From a virus, in IMG/VR virus record IMGVR_UViG_3300045988_180880, positions 288,001 to 352,000 of that record: a stretch of 64,000 bases of DNA. The stretch is one strand, 5' to 3'. This document shows, in pieces, positions 8,850 to 18,074 of the stretch. The position numbers and the translations under genes are program-made. The notes below the pieces were generated by a model, which was not told the origin of the DNA, did no database searches, and saw only the letters and a program-made list of their open reading frames with translations. The first letter of the stretch is position 1, and each line of letters starts with the position of its first letter.

Positions 8850-9218
8850 ATGATAATACTACGAAAACAAAAATATAAAGAACTTCCCTGGACCAAAGAA
8901 AATATAGAAAAATATAAGTCACAGGAGAATATGTTAAAGCACGCAAGAAATACACCAGGAAAAACGGCTGGAAAATTATTAATAAACCCAGCCAAAGATG
9001 AGTTGGTGGGATATATAGCGTGCGAAGAAGATACTATTATTGCTCTAGAAGTTTCTCCGGGGTATAGAGGAAAAGGAATAGCAACTGATTTGATAAATTC
9101 TTCTGGGGCTAATAAACTTACAGTATCAAAGAAAAATATAAATGCGATAAATTTATATAAGAAACTTGGATTTGAAATTATATCAGAAACTCCAAAAATA
9201 TATTTTATGGAGAAATGA
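8850..9218 (+). CDS. Leader-like (MIILRKQKY) small GNAT acetyltransferase
   Basis: VSPGYRGKGIATDLI...INLYKKLGFEII matches the GNAT motif A/B pattern. Confidence 0.6.
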   Translation: MIILRKQKYKELPWTKENIEKYKSQENMLKHARNTPGKTAGKLLINPAKDELVGYIACEEDTIIALEVSPGYRGKGIATDLINSSGANKLTVSKKNINAINLYKKLGFEIISETPKIYFMEK

Positions 9219-9219
9219 T

Positions 9220-9291
9220 TGAACTATAGTATAATTGGCAATACACCAGATTTTGGTTCTGGGATTTCCTGTTCGAGTCAGGATAGTTCAA
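9220..9291 (+). tRNA. tRNA-Gln: tRNA-Gln (anticodon TTG)
   Basis: Acceptor TGAACTA/TAGTTCA, D stem GTAT/ATAC, anticodon stem CCAGA/TCTGG with loop TTTTGGT, T arm TCCTG-TTCGAGT-CAGGA. Confidence 0.8.
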
Positions 9292-9322
9292 CGAAAGAAA
9301 ATAATAATAACTAATAAAAACT

Positions 9323-9640
9323 ATGTTGAGAGTTAAAAGATTTAGTAAAGTTACTGATAAAGTTAAAGAAATAGGAAAATCTATTGAACATACAGTAACT
9401 CATCCTAAAGAAACTGGTAAGAAGGTGGTGGAGTATGTAAAGAAACACCCAGATGAAGCTATAATTCTTGGGACATCTGATATTGTTCCTGGAGTTGTTG
9501 CTGCCAAACTTGCAAAAGCTGGAAAAACAAAACAAGCAGCTATCGCAGGAACTATTGCAGCACTTCCTATTGGTGGTGCATATGTATCAGGGAAAATAGC
9601 TATTCGAAAATGGAATGAAAAAAGAAAGAAGAATAAATAG
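9323..9640 (+). CDS. Leader-tagged (MLRVKRFS) small protein with Gly/Ala-rich hydrophobic segment
   Basis: ORF track; sequence GVVAAKLAKAGKTKQAAIAGTIAALPIGGAYVSG. Confidence 0.55.
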   Translation: MLRVKRFSKVTDKVKEIGKSIEHTVTHPKETGKKVVEYVKKHPDEAIILGTSDIVPGVVAAKLAKAGKTKQAAIAGTIAALPIGGAYVSGKIAIRKWNEKRKKNK

Positions 9641-9648
9641 AATAGATT

Positions 9649-9721
9649 CGAGATGTAGTTCAGTAGATAGAACGCTTGGTTTGGGACCAAGAAGTCGCAC
9701 GTTTGAGCCGTGTCATCTCGA
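9649..9721 (+). tRNA. tRNA-Pro: tRNA-Pro (anticodon TGG)
   Basis: Acceptor CGAGATG/CATCTCG, D stem GTTC/GAAC, anticodon stem CTTGG/CCAAG with loop TTTGGGA, T arm GCACG-TTTGAGC-CGTGT. Confidence 0.8.
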
Positions 9722-9878
9722 CCTAGATAAATAGACGATGAGATATCGTGGAATTACTAACATGAATTATAAACCTTTAGGAAGAGTAAAAGTCGCGAGT
9801 TACTCTTCCACTACTAAGGATGACATGTTAATAATACAAGGATAGTTTGATATCTCGGGAAGCTATAAAATTTAATTC

Positions 9879-11327
9879 ATGATAGATACTAAATTATTAC
9901 CAGTACCTTTAGAGTATTCTTGTCCAATAGTAATGAGAGTAAAACTTCCCAGAAGAAATGATAGTGGGAGATTAAACTATTATACGTATGTTCCAGAATT
10001 AGGTACTTGGGTATTAGAAAAGATGAGAAATTCAGTTTTTAAGAAATTACAAAAATTAAATATAACTTTTAGGGACTGGGAAAATAGATGGTTACTTAAA
10101 TTACAACCATCTGATATGTATTCAGAACTTTGGGTAGATAAAATAATAGAAGTTTATTATAAAGATAAATTACCAAATACAAAAAGTTATATAAAAGATC
10201 AATTATTGTTAGATAATGATTATGTATTTACGGGTGTTATGGTTAAAGAGGATTTAATGGATATATTTATTAAATCTCGGGAGGGTAGTTTTATAGACAT
10301 AGTATATAATTATGATTTAGTACCTAAAATAATCGAAAAACTTACAGATGAAATATGTTTACAGTATTTAAATGATAATAATGAATATGAAAAATACTAT
10401 ACTACGTATTCAGATTTTATTTCAAGAGGGCTAAATTGTAGGTATTATGCTGCTAAACTTAGAAAAATAACGCTTAGTAATAAAGAATATCATTCGAGTA
10501 GATTAAAGACAACAGAAGCTTATATTACAGAATCAAAAGCTAAGTTTGGAGAAAATTCCTTTGAATATTTATCTGAATATACTGGAAGAATTGATAAAAT
10601 GACTTTTAAATGTAATAAGTGCGGAACAACTTTTTCGGTTTTAGCAAAAACACATTTAGAAAGTTCTCATGGTGGGTGTCCAGTTTGTAATACTAATTCT
10701 ATAAAAGAAGATAGAAAGTTTTCTAATCAAGACTTTCAAAATAGGTTGGATAATATTTATGGAATTGGAAAGTATAAGTTAATATCTAACTTTATCAATT
10801 GCAAGACTACTGTGGAAATTTTAGATCTTGAAACAAATACTATATTTAAACAAGATCCAGAGAATTTATTATATCATGGACTTACAGATCCTAGTACTGT
10901 TACTAAATCAAAGGGAGAACGATTAGTAGAGCTTTGGATTAATAAAAATTCAGATAAAATATTGGATTATAAGTGGAATACTAAAGTAAGTGGAATAGAG
11001 GGCAGGTGTAGAGATTATGTTATGATTGATTTTATTATTAACTATGGTGGGAAAACCATATGGATTGAATATAATGGAATTCAGCATTATACATATTTTT
11101 CACTATATCACAAATATGATAAAAATCTTTTTGATGACCAAAAAAGAAGAGATGAAAATGTAAGAATTTATTGCAAACAGAATAATATAATGTTGGTAGA
11201 AATTCCTTACACTATAAGTTCTTTTAAAAGAGTTTCTGAATTTTTAAATAAAGTAGTTTTTGAAAATATTGATCCAAGTACTTTAGTAGATTATAATCTT
11301 TTATATGAAACTACAAAAGGAAAATAA
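9879..11327 (+). CDS. Free-standing homing-endonuclease-like protein (Zn-ribbons plus Vsr/DUF559-like PD-(D/E)xK C-domain), paralog 1
   Basis: CNKCGTTF..GGCPVCN, and C-terminus DFIINYGGKTIWIEYNGIQHY..DDQKRRDENVRIYCKQNNIMLVEIPY. Paralogous to 26877 and 39120. Ends 20 nt before the 3-intron protease gene. Confidence 0.6.
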   Translation: MIDTKLLPVPLEYSCPIVMRVKLPRRNDSGRLNYYTYVPELGTWVLEKMRNSVFKKLQKLNITFRDWENRWLLKLQPSDMYSELWVDKIIEVYYKDKLPNTKSYIKDQLLLDNDYVFTGVMVKEDLMDIFIKSREGSFIDIVYNYDLVPKIIEKLTDEICLQYLNDNNEYEKYYTTYSDFISRGLNCRYYAAKLRKITLSNKEYHSSRLKTTEAYITESKAKFGENSFEYLSEYTGRIDKMTFKCNKCGTTFSVLAKTHLESSHGGCPVCNTNSIKEDRKFSNQDFQNRLDNIYGIGKYKLISNFINCKTTVEILDLETNTIFKQDPENLLYHGLTDPSTVTKSKGERLVELWINKNSDKILDYKWNTKVSGIEGRCRDYVMIDFIINYGGKTIWIEYNGIQHYTYFSLYHKYDKNLFDDQKRRDENVRIYCKQNNIMLVEIPYTISSFKRVSEFLNKVVFENIDPSTLVDYNLLYETTKGK

Positions 11328-11347
11328 TATAAAATTTAAATTGAAAT

Positions 11348-11569
11348 ATGAAATTTATTGCAAAATTGTTTTCGACAATGCTACCTGCATCTGACAGTAG
11401 TATGATACCTCGAGATGTTGCGGAATCTTTCTTTAGTAGCCAAGAGTTTAAACAAGCCTTAGAGGATAGAAAGCTCTTTGGAACATTAACACACTTAGCC
11501 AGAAATCTATCATCTGCCAAAAATGGTGGTCCTGCAGTATCTAAGACTATAGGGAAAGATGATCTCCTT
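11348..11569 (+). CDS. T4 gp21-like prohead protease, exon 1
   Basis: Begins MKFIAKLFS (leader-like). FGTLTHL aligns with T4 gp21 LGELNHP (catalytic His). Donor CTCCTT| (CCUU pairs with GAGG, directly before P2). Alternative donor at 11576. Confidence 0.55.
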
Positions 11570-11760
11570 TATTGCTAATAATGAGAGGCATAGATAAAAA
11601 GTTTATGAAAATGTTTTTAATTGCTGGAAAAAATAATAAATTAAATCAGCAAAAATAGATAATAAAATCTATTTCTCAACGACTAGAGTAAACACTAAGA
11701 ATACCGATTAATTCTTAGATAATATAGTCTATTATTGATTTTAAAATCAATTAGGTTAAG
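11570..11760 (+). ncRNA. Group I intron, family A (A3)
   Basis: P2 CATAGA/TTTATG, P AATTGCTGGAAA, Q AAATCAGCA, P6 ATAGAT/ATCTAT, R TTCTCAACGACTA, S AATATAGTCT. 3' end at G11760; alternative G11770. Confidence 0.7.
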
Positions 11761-11949
11761 TTATTAATTGGCGAAAGTTCACCTACACATGTGTTAACTA
11801 AAGTTTGGTTCGAAAATGACGGCTGGTGCTATGGGGAGTTTGAGGTTCTCTCCGAAGATGGCCTAGACGATGAAGCTATACAAAGAATCAGAAGAGTAAA
11901 GGGCCTTCTTAAAAATGGTTGCAAAATTGGAATTTCCTGTGTCGTTCTT
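11761..11949 (+). CDS. gp21-like prohead protease, exon 2
   Basis: THVLTKVWFENDGWCYGEFEVLSE and KIGISCVVL align with gp21 IIIEDMWWKGNDVYGRARVIEG and GVSSRGLG (catalytic Ser). Not in the ORF track (no ATG). Confidence 0.6.
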
Positions 11950-12132
11950 TAATTAACTGAGACTTAAGAAATTCATAAGTTCTTAAGAAAATTTCATAAA
12001 ATGCTGGAAAGGTTAGAATCAAATCAGCATCATCTAGCAGATAGCGAGATGTTCAACGACTAAAGATGGAACCTAGATTTTTAGGATAATATAGTCTAAA
12101 TTTAATAGCAAGCAATATATTAAAAAAAATTG
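11950..12132 (+). ncRNA. Group I intron, family A (A4)
   Basis: P1 TCUU/GAGA, P2 CTTAAGAA/TTCTTAAG, P AAATGCTGGAAA, Q AATCAGCA, R GTTCAACGACTA, S AATATAGTCT. G12132 is the only in-phase G; tail ends AATTG|. Confidence 0.8.
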
Positions 12133-12756
12133 GGATATTGGGAAAATTCTAGCGGAAGTGACTATTTAAAGCGTATGGTTGCGCTAAAAGGGGCTGACCT
12201 TACATTAAACCCTTCTTGGAAAAATGCGGGTATAGTTTCAATTGATGGTTCTGAGAGCGAAAAAACATTCTCTGAACTTGATATAGAGTATGATCCTGAA
12301 GCTTATAAGGATACAAAAATAAAAGTTAAGCAATTTTCTAACTTCGATTCGGGAGATTTATTAAAGTCTTCTAAGATTAATGGAAAGTTTACGCAATTAA
12401 AAGCTAAATCATTTTCATTTAATTCTGAAATAAATTCAATAGAAGATACTATCGTTAGTGAATCTGTAATAGAAGAACCTATTCAAAAAGATTTCTCAGT
12501 TGCTACAGTTAAAGAGAGAGTTAGAATTGGAAAGATGTCCCCTCGCCAAAGATTTCGTCTACTTGTTTTAGAATATAAGCAAGCAGTAAAACAAGCTGGT
12601 GGTTCTGAAAAGATGGATCCAGAAACACTTAAAATCATGAAGTCTTTGTTTACTACAGATCTTTTGGATATTATGAAGTCGATTACACCAGAAATCATGA
12701 ATGGAAAAAATCCAGGAACATTACTTGGTGCTTCTAGTTTAGGTAAGAATGTACGT
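12133..12756 (+). CDS. gp21-like prohead protease, exon 3 (plus scaffold-like extension)
   Basis: GYWENSS..KGADLTLNPSWKNAGIV aligns with gp21 GVDAVWGPSAPDAWV. Internal xFS sites (KTFS, KQFS, KSFS, KDFS). Donor GTACGT| (ACGU pairs with GCGU). Confidence 0.6.
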
Positions 12757-12930
12757 AAATAATATGCGTTTTTTATATGAATTGCTGGAAATATCTAAAT
12801 GAGATAAATCAGCATCAAATCATACTTAGATAAATCTAAAGAAGTGATTTGTTCAACGACTATGTATATAAACTGTCAAAATAGACAGAAGATATAGTCT
12901 AAATTATAAATAAATTTTATAAATACATTG
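12757..12930 (+). ncRNA. Group I intron, family A (A5)
   Basis: P AATTGCTGGAAA, Q AAATCAGCA, R GTTCAACGACTA, S GATATAGTCT (12891-12900). Tail ends CATTG|, P10 TAT/ATA. Phase 0 on both sides. Confidence 0.8.
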
Positions 12931-13137
12931 ATAAGTGTACAAAAATTGTTCTTACCATATAAGATGGCTATGTCTGAGGTATCTAAAACTAATGCAATAT
13001 CTAAGGCAAGATATCAAAAAATTCAAGCTGCTTATTCTGACTTTGTTAATGCAATGTTAGAGGAAATATTCGCGCCAAAGAATGGTACGAAGAAAGAAGA
13101 GCCAGTAGAAGAAGAAAACCCTGAAGAAAACAGTTAA
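12931..13137 (+). CDS. gp21-like prohead protease, exon 4 (C-terminus)
   Basis: ISVQKLFLPYKMAMSEV...EENPEENS*. The track's TTG start at 12928 is intronic. Confidence 0.55.
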   Translation: MSVQKLFLPYKMAMSEVSKTNAISKARYQKIQAAYSDFVNAMLEEIFAPKNGTKKEEPVEEENPEENS

Positions 13138-13143
13138 AAGATT

Positions 13144-14037
13144 ATGAAAGTAGAAAGACGTAAATTATTCTCTTCTTCGATTTCTCCACGGCGCAAGTTA
13201 TTTTCAGGTGGAGTAACTCAGGCAGAATATAAGAAAATTCAGTGTAGAGATTGTGGTTATATTATGGATACTTTAGCCACTACAACTAACTTCTTATGTC
13301 CTAAATGTGGAGCTGTAAATAGATTTAATGTTTTAGAAGTTACACCAAGTCCTGAAAATACTCCTGAAGCTGTACAAGTCGAAGTATCAAAAATTGAAGA
13401 AGTAGAAAAAGGATTCTCAAGACGTTCGTTATTCGGCGGAGATAATAATGCCGCTGTACAAAAAGAATTTTCAGAACCGTCGAACGAATTTGAGGTAAAA
13501 TTAAAAGAATTTTCTGGCAAAACTTTAAATGAATCAGAAGTTGTTAAGGCATTTGGTATTTCCGCCGAAGATTTAGTTGAAAAAGGTTTTGCTAGTATTG
13601 ATGAAGATAATAAAGTTACTATTCCTGAAACTGCATTCTTACAATCTAAATTATTCTCTAAGTTAATCGTATCAGTGACTAAGATTTTGGATTTAGACCC
13701 AATAGAAGGACCTAAGGAAGACATAATTAATATGTTAGAATCTAAAGGATCTTTAGGACCGAAAGGTATAATGCTAATTAAAAAAGCTCATTCTCTTCCA
13801 CTTGAAGAAATGAAAGAAGTTGAGTTCTCTAGCACTGAAGAAGTAGAGGATTGGATTAAAGATTCTGGAATTATTGGAGACTTAAAGATAGAGTTTGGTA
13901 ATTCTGCAATGGGAATTAAAGAATTTACAAAGATCCTAGAAGAGAGATATGATGATGCTCCAGATAATATAATAGATATATTAATTGATCGTGGAGTAAT
14001 CAAAATTCAAGGAAATCAAGTTGATATAATGAAATAA
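13144..14037 (+). CDS. Leader-tagged (MKVERRKLFS) head-assembly/scaffold-like protein with Zn-ribbon
   Basis: Seven xFS sites (RRKLFS twice, KGFS, KEFS twice, KLFS, VEFS). CRDCG..CPKCG. Lies between the protease and the acidic protein. Confidence 0.5.
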   Translation: MKVERRKLFSSSISPRRKLFSGGVTQAEYKKIQCRDCGYIMDTLATTTNFLCPKCGAVNRFNVLEVTPSPENTPEAVQVEVSKIEEVEKGFSRRSLFGGDNNAAVQKEFSEPSNEFEVKLKEFSGKTLNESEVVKAFGISAEDLVEKGFASIDEDNKVTIPETAFLQSKLFSKLIVSVTKILDLDPIEGPKEDIINMLESKGSLGPKGIMLIKKAHSLPLEEMKEVEFSSTEEVEDWIKDSGIIGDLKIEFGNSAMGIKEFTKILEERYDDAPDNIIDILIDRGVIKIQGNQVDIMK

Positions 14038-14056
14038 AATATTTATAAAACTCAGT

Positions 14057-16414
14057 ATGAAAAATACAAGATTTATGGAAGTCCTATTCTCAGCTGTAGA
14101 GGATAAGGATGAAGAATTAGCAAAGCAAGTAGCCAAAGATATTGAAGATGCTAAGGCTAATGGCTCTGTTGATACTGAAGAAGTAAAATATGAAAATATC
14201 GGTGACGGTAAAGTTTCAGTAACAGACAAAGAAAATGGCGAAGTTACTATCGTTGAAAAGGCTTCCGATGAGGACGATACTTATGATATGTATCCAGCTG
14301 AACAATCTGAACAAATCGAGGGATATCTTCATCCGGAAGGGGATGGAGTAACTCCGGGTAATCAGGTAGGTGCAGTTGACGAGGAAGTTGAAAGTCATAT
14401 GGATGGTAGTGCTGTTATTGCACCGAATCTTCCTGATGGTGGTTTAAATCCAGCAGCTGGTCATGAAGAAAGTGTAGAAATTACTGCACAAGAAGGTCCT
14501 GAAGCTGTAGAAGAATGCGAAGAAAAAGAATTCTCTGTAAGTACTGATAATAGCGTAGTTCTTAGAATTTTCTCAGATCAAGAATTTTGTGAAAGATTAT
14601 TCTCAGAAGTTATTGAATCAGAAGAAACAGCTAAAGTAGGTGATCTTAAAGTAGAGAAAACTGGTGAAAATGAAGTAGTTGTTACATCAGAATCTACAGG
14701 TGATCAAGCAAAGGTAGAGTTTAATGGTGAAGATATGGATGTTACTGAGCTAGAATCTAAGAATTTTAGTGAAGCAGAACAGTTTGATCCGTTGTTTGTA
14801 GTAGGAGTAGATCCAGTAAATCATGTTATTGTAGATGCTCCAGAGTATGACGAAGCATCAGCTCAAGAATTAGTTCAGAGTTTAACAGAAAAAGGAGTAG
14901 CAGGAGTTAGAATTTTTGATAACCCCGAAGACGCTCGTGAATATGCTATCGATCTCTTGAATGGTCTTGGTGTAGTTGAAGATGAACAACTTGGAGAACC
15001 TGAACAAGCAGAATTTTCAGATCATACTATTTACTTAACTGAATTCCAAGCTGATAATACAGACTTTATGTGTCGTTTCTTCTCTGAATCTGTAGATAGT
15101 ATTAGTGCAACTCAGGATGCTATTGAAGATGCTATTGAAAATGGTGATGAGATTGAAACAGATTCTGAAGTTATTACACCTATCGATTCTAAGACTGCAG
15201 TTATACAGGATAAAAATAAAGATGAATTTACTAAAGTTAGTTTAGAAGGTGAAGAAATGGAGCTTGAAAAGATAAGCGAAGATCAAGCAGAAGAGTTGAC
15301 AGATCATATCGTTGTTTCTGAAGAAGAGGAAGACGAAGATGAGGAAGAAGAAAAAGAATTCTCTGATGTTTGGTGTGACGAAGCAGAAACTAAATTTTTC
15401 TCAGAAAATGAAGAACTTACTCAGTATATGATTCGTTTGTTCTCTGAAGAGGCTGATTCTGCTGAAATTGAAAGCGCAATCCAAACTGGCGAACAAGTAG
15501 AAACAGATAAAGAAATTATTACGCCTATCGATTCTAAGACTGCAGTTATACAGGATAAAGAAAATGGCGAATTTACTAAAGCTGAGATGGATGAAGAAGT
15601 TCTTGATGTTAATCCTATCTCAGAAGCAGAAGCCGATAATCTAACAAACAGTATTGCAGTAGAAGATAAAGTTGAAAATCATGAAGAAAAAGAATTTTCT
15701 GAAGATATCTACTGTAATGAGGCAGAAACTAAATTCTTCTCTGAAGGTGAGGAATTTACTGAATATATGGTTCGTCTATTCTCTGAAGAAGATGGTCATT
15801 GTCCAGTAGAAAAAGCTATTGAAACTGGTAAGAAAGTAGAAACAGATAAAGAAATCATTACTCCAATTTCAGCTACAGAAGCAATTATAGAAGATAAGGA
15901 AAATGGTGAATTTACTAAGGCTACTATGAGTGAAGATGATATTGAATGTCATCCATTATCAGAAGAAGAAGCTGACAAACTTGAAGAACATTCTATTGAT
16001 AAAGAAGAAAAGAAATTCTCAGGAGATTATGAAGATCCTATTCTTAATAAATTCTTCTCAGATGTTGTAGGTGCAGTTCCTGTTCCTGCTGGAGAAGTAG
16101 ATCCTAATACTCCTGTAATTCCTTTAGCTGATCCTAATGCTGTAGCTCCTCAGGAAGTAGCAGTTCCGGCAGGTGTTGCTCCTGCACAAGGTGGTGCTAC
16201 TAGTGTTGAAGCTATTGAAGATAAAGCACTTCAGGCAGTTCAAAGTATCCAAGCAGTAGCAGAAGAAGCAGCTCAGCAAATTATGGAAGCAAAACAAGCT
16301 CCTGCACAGGCTCAAGAACAAGATCTTCAGGAAGCTCAGTTCTCAGAAAAGAAATTCAGTGATACAAATGATACTCTAGTATCATGGTTGACTGGAAATA
16401 GTTTTCGTAAGTAA
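14057..16414 (+). CDS. Highly acidic repeat protein, scaffold/internal-core polyprotein candidate
   Basis: 785 aa, D/E-rich, 17 FS dipeptides (EKEFS, TKFFS, xRLFS...). Three ~110-aa tandem repeats. Immediately upstream of the capsid gene. Confidence 0.5.
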   Translation: MKNTRFMEVLFSAVEDKDEELAKQVAKDIEDAKANGSVDTEEVKYENIGDGKVSVTDKENGEVTIVEKASDEDDTYDMYPAEQSEQIEGYLHPEGDGVTPGNQVGAVDEEVESHMDGSAVIAPNLPDGGLNPAAGHEESVEITAQEGPEAVEECEEKEFSVSTDNSVVLRIFSDQEFCERLFSEVIESEETAKVGDLKVEKTGENEVVVTSESTGDQAKVEFNGEDMDVTELESKNFSEAEQFDPLFVVGVDPVNHVIVDAPEYDEASAQELVQSLTEKGVAGVRIFDNPEDAREYAIDLLNGLGVVEDEQLGEPEQAEFSDHTIYLTEFQADNTDFMCRFFSESVDSISATQDAIEDAIENGDEIETDSEVITPIDSKTAVIQDKNKDEFTKVSLEGEEMELEKISEDQAEELTDHIVVSEEEEDEDEEEEKEFSDVWCDEAETKFFSENEELTQYMIRLFSEEADSAEIESAIQTGEQVETDKEIITPIDSKTAVIQDKENGEFTKAEMDEEVLDVNPISEAEADNLTNSIAVEDKVENHEEKEFSEDIYCNEAETKFFSEGEEFTEYMVRLFSEEDGHCPVEKAIETGKKVETDKEIITPISATEAIIEDKENGEFTKATMSEDDIECHPLSEEEADKLEEHSIDKEEKKFSGDYEDPILNKFFSDVVGAVPVPAGEVDPNTPVIPLADPNAVAPQEVAVPAGVAPAQGGATSVEAIEDKALQAVQSIQAVAEEAAQQIMEAKQAPAQAQEQDLQEAQFSEKKFSDTNDTLVSWLTGNSFRK
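15060..16030 (+). repeat. Three tandem ~330-nt coding repeats inside the acidic protein gene
   Basis: Repeated unit ..AETKFFSE.EE.T.YM.RLFSEE...VETDKEIITPIDSKTAVIQDKENGEFTKA...EEKEFS. The DNA is nearly identical over GATTCTAAGACTGCAGTTATACAGGATAAA. Confidence 0.75.
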
Positions 16415-16496
16415 TTAAATATAAATAGATAGGTTTATGGTTATCCTCAAAAACCATTTTACATAAACTAAAAATAATAAAAACATTATATATATT

Positions 16497-17945
16497 ATGA
16501 ATACACAGTATTTGCAAATGATGCAGACTCCTTCAATGATGGAGGCTCTTATTAATAGCTCAGTATCAGCAGAAGATGCTAACCTTCGTTCTCGTGAATA
16601 TGCTAAGATGTTCTCTCGTAACGATGAAATGAAAGATTTGTTTGGTCTAGGTAATGCAGGTAATTTGCTGCAGAAGACTTTCTCTGGTTATGCAGAAACT
16701 CCGTTGCTGTCTACTCAGTATTTCAATGCTTCTGTAGCTTCTTATGTAAGCTCATTCGCAGGTTATATGTCTATCGAACGTGACTTTGATCAGCCTAATG
16801 GTTTGTTCTATTGGTTCGACGTTTTGGGTGTAACTGATATGCGTTCTGTTATTCCTAACTTAGGTCCGGATAACTATCAGGATATTCAAGCTATGGGTAA
16901 CTTTACTTTGAATATTACTCCGACTACTAATGCTGACTACTCTTCTTTGATTGGTCGTAAGATTATCCCTGGTACAGTACGTGTTAAGATTGCTACTGCA
17001 ACTGAAAAATTCGAATTGATCGATAATGGTCAGGGTGCTTTCATGGCTGTTGCTGGTAAGATTTCTAACGGTACTATCAACTATTTGAATGGTCGTGTAG
17101 AATTTACTTTGGCTACTGCTTTGGCTGGTGATGCTGCTACTGAATCAATCACTATTGTAGGTAAGGAAGATGTTACTGGTACTCCTTGTAATACTATTGG
17201 TGCTTCTAATGCACATGCTAATGATAAGAGATTTATCGCTAAGATGCAACAGCTTGGTTTGGCTACTGTACCTGATATGTTGGTAGCTGAATATAACATT
17301 GCTGCTTTAGGTGCTATGAAGAAAGCAACTGGTTCTGATATGGCTACTTTCTTGTTCACTAAGCTTCGTGAATTGTATACTAAGGTAATTAACTATAAAT
17401 TGGTTTCTACTTTGGAAGAAGGTTATAATGGTAACGTTATGGCTGACTTGGATTTGACTCAGGGTGCTATGACTGGTCAGTTCATGGATTATCGTTCTAG
17501 AGTTGACTTGTTCGATGCTTACTTGATTAATGTTGAAAGTGCATTGGCAACTAAAGCTGTTAAGGGTGTTGATGTTACTGCCTATGTAGCTGGTAATATG
17601 GCATCTAATCAATTCCAGAAGGGTGGAATGATTGGTAAATGGGAACGTAATACTAAGATGACTTATATCAATGACCTGTTGGGTTGGTATAATGGTATTC
17701 CTGTACTTCGTTCTACTGATATTGCTGAAGCTCCGGGTGAAGGTACTTTCTATGCAATTCACAAAACAAAAGATGGTCAGATGGCTCCGCTTGCACGTGG
17801 TATCTATATGCCTTTGACTGATACTCCGACTATTGGTAACTACAATAACCCAACTCAGATGGCTTCTGGTATCTACTATCAGGAAGGTACTAAGTATATG
17901 GCTCCTGAATTGGTACAGAAGGTTACTTTCAAATTCGGTATCTAA
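16497..17945 (+). CDS. Major capsid protein (candidate)
   Basis: 482 aa, directly after the protease/scaffold genes. Codon usage shifts sharply to CGT/GGT/GCT/CTG/ACT. A strong terminator follows. xFS sites at aa 39-40 and 62-63 resemble prohead-protease cleavage of a delta-domain. Confidence 0.6.
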   Translation: MNTQYLQMMQTPSMMEALINSSVSAEDANLRSREYAKMFSRNDEMKDLFGLGNAGNLLQKTFSGYAETPLLSTQYFNASVASYVSSFAGYMSIERDFDQPNGLFYWFDVLGVTDMRSVIPNLGPDNYQDIQAMGNFTLNITPTTNADYSSLIGRKIIPGTVRVKIATATEKFELIDNGQGAFMAVAGKISNGTINYLNGRVEFTLATALAGDAATESITIVGKEDVTGTPCNTIGASNAHANDKRFIAKMQQLGLATVPDMLVAEYNIAALGAMKKATGSDMATFLFTKLRELYTKVINYKLVSTLEEGYNGNVMADLDLTQGAMTGQFMDYRSRVDLFDAYLINVESALATKAVKGVDVTAYVAGNMASNQFQKGGMIGKWERNTKMTYINDLLGWYNGIPVLRSTDIAEAPGEGTFYAIHKTKDGQMAPLARGIYMPLTDTPTIGNYNNPTQMASGIYYQEGTKYMAPELVQKVTFKFGI

Positions 17946-18011
17946 TTAAACCATAAAAATCATTTGGATCGTTAAACTCTCAGATCCCTAAAGAATAAAA
18001 TGATTTTAAAC

Positions 18012-18066
18012 AAAGAGAGGGATTCCCTAGGTCTTATAGACTTAAGGTTCCTTCTCTTTTTAATTT
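18012..18066 (+). terminator. Long imperfect hairpin plus T-run after the capsid gene
   Basis: AAGAGAGGGATTCCCTAGGTCT..AGACTTAAGGTTCCTTCTCTTTTTAATTTTT. Confidence 0.6.
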
Positions 18067-18074
18067 TTACAATT

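Noticed and set aside
13257-14398. Minus-strand ORFs 13257..13724, 13788..14003, 13981..14229 and 14216..14398.
   Set aside because: They are antisense to long, well-supported plus-strand genes, have low-complexity Ser/Ile/Leu-rich products, and lack the minus-strand upstream motif.
17081-17762. Minus-strand ORFs 17081..17359 and 17307..17762 inside the capsid gene.
   Set aside because: These are antisense shadows of a strongly codon-biased gene.
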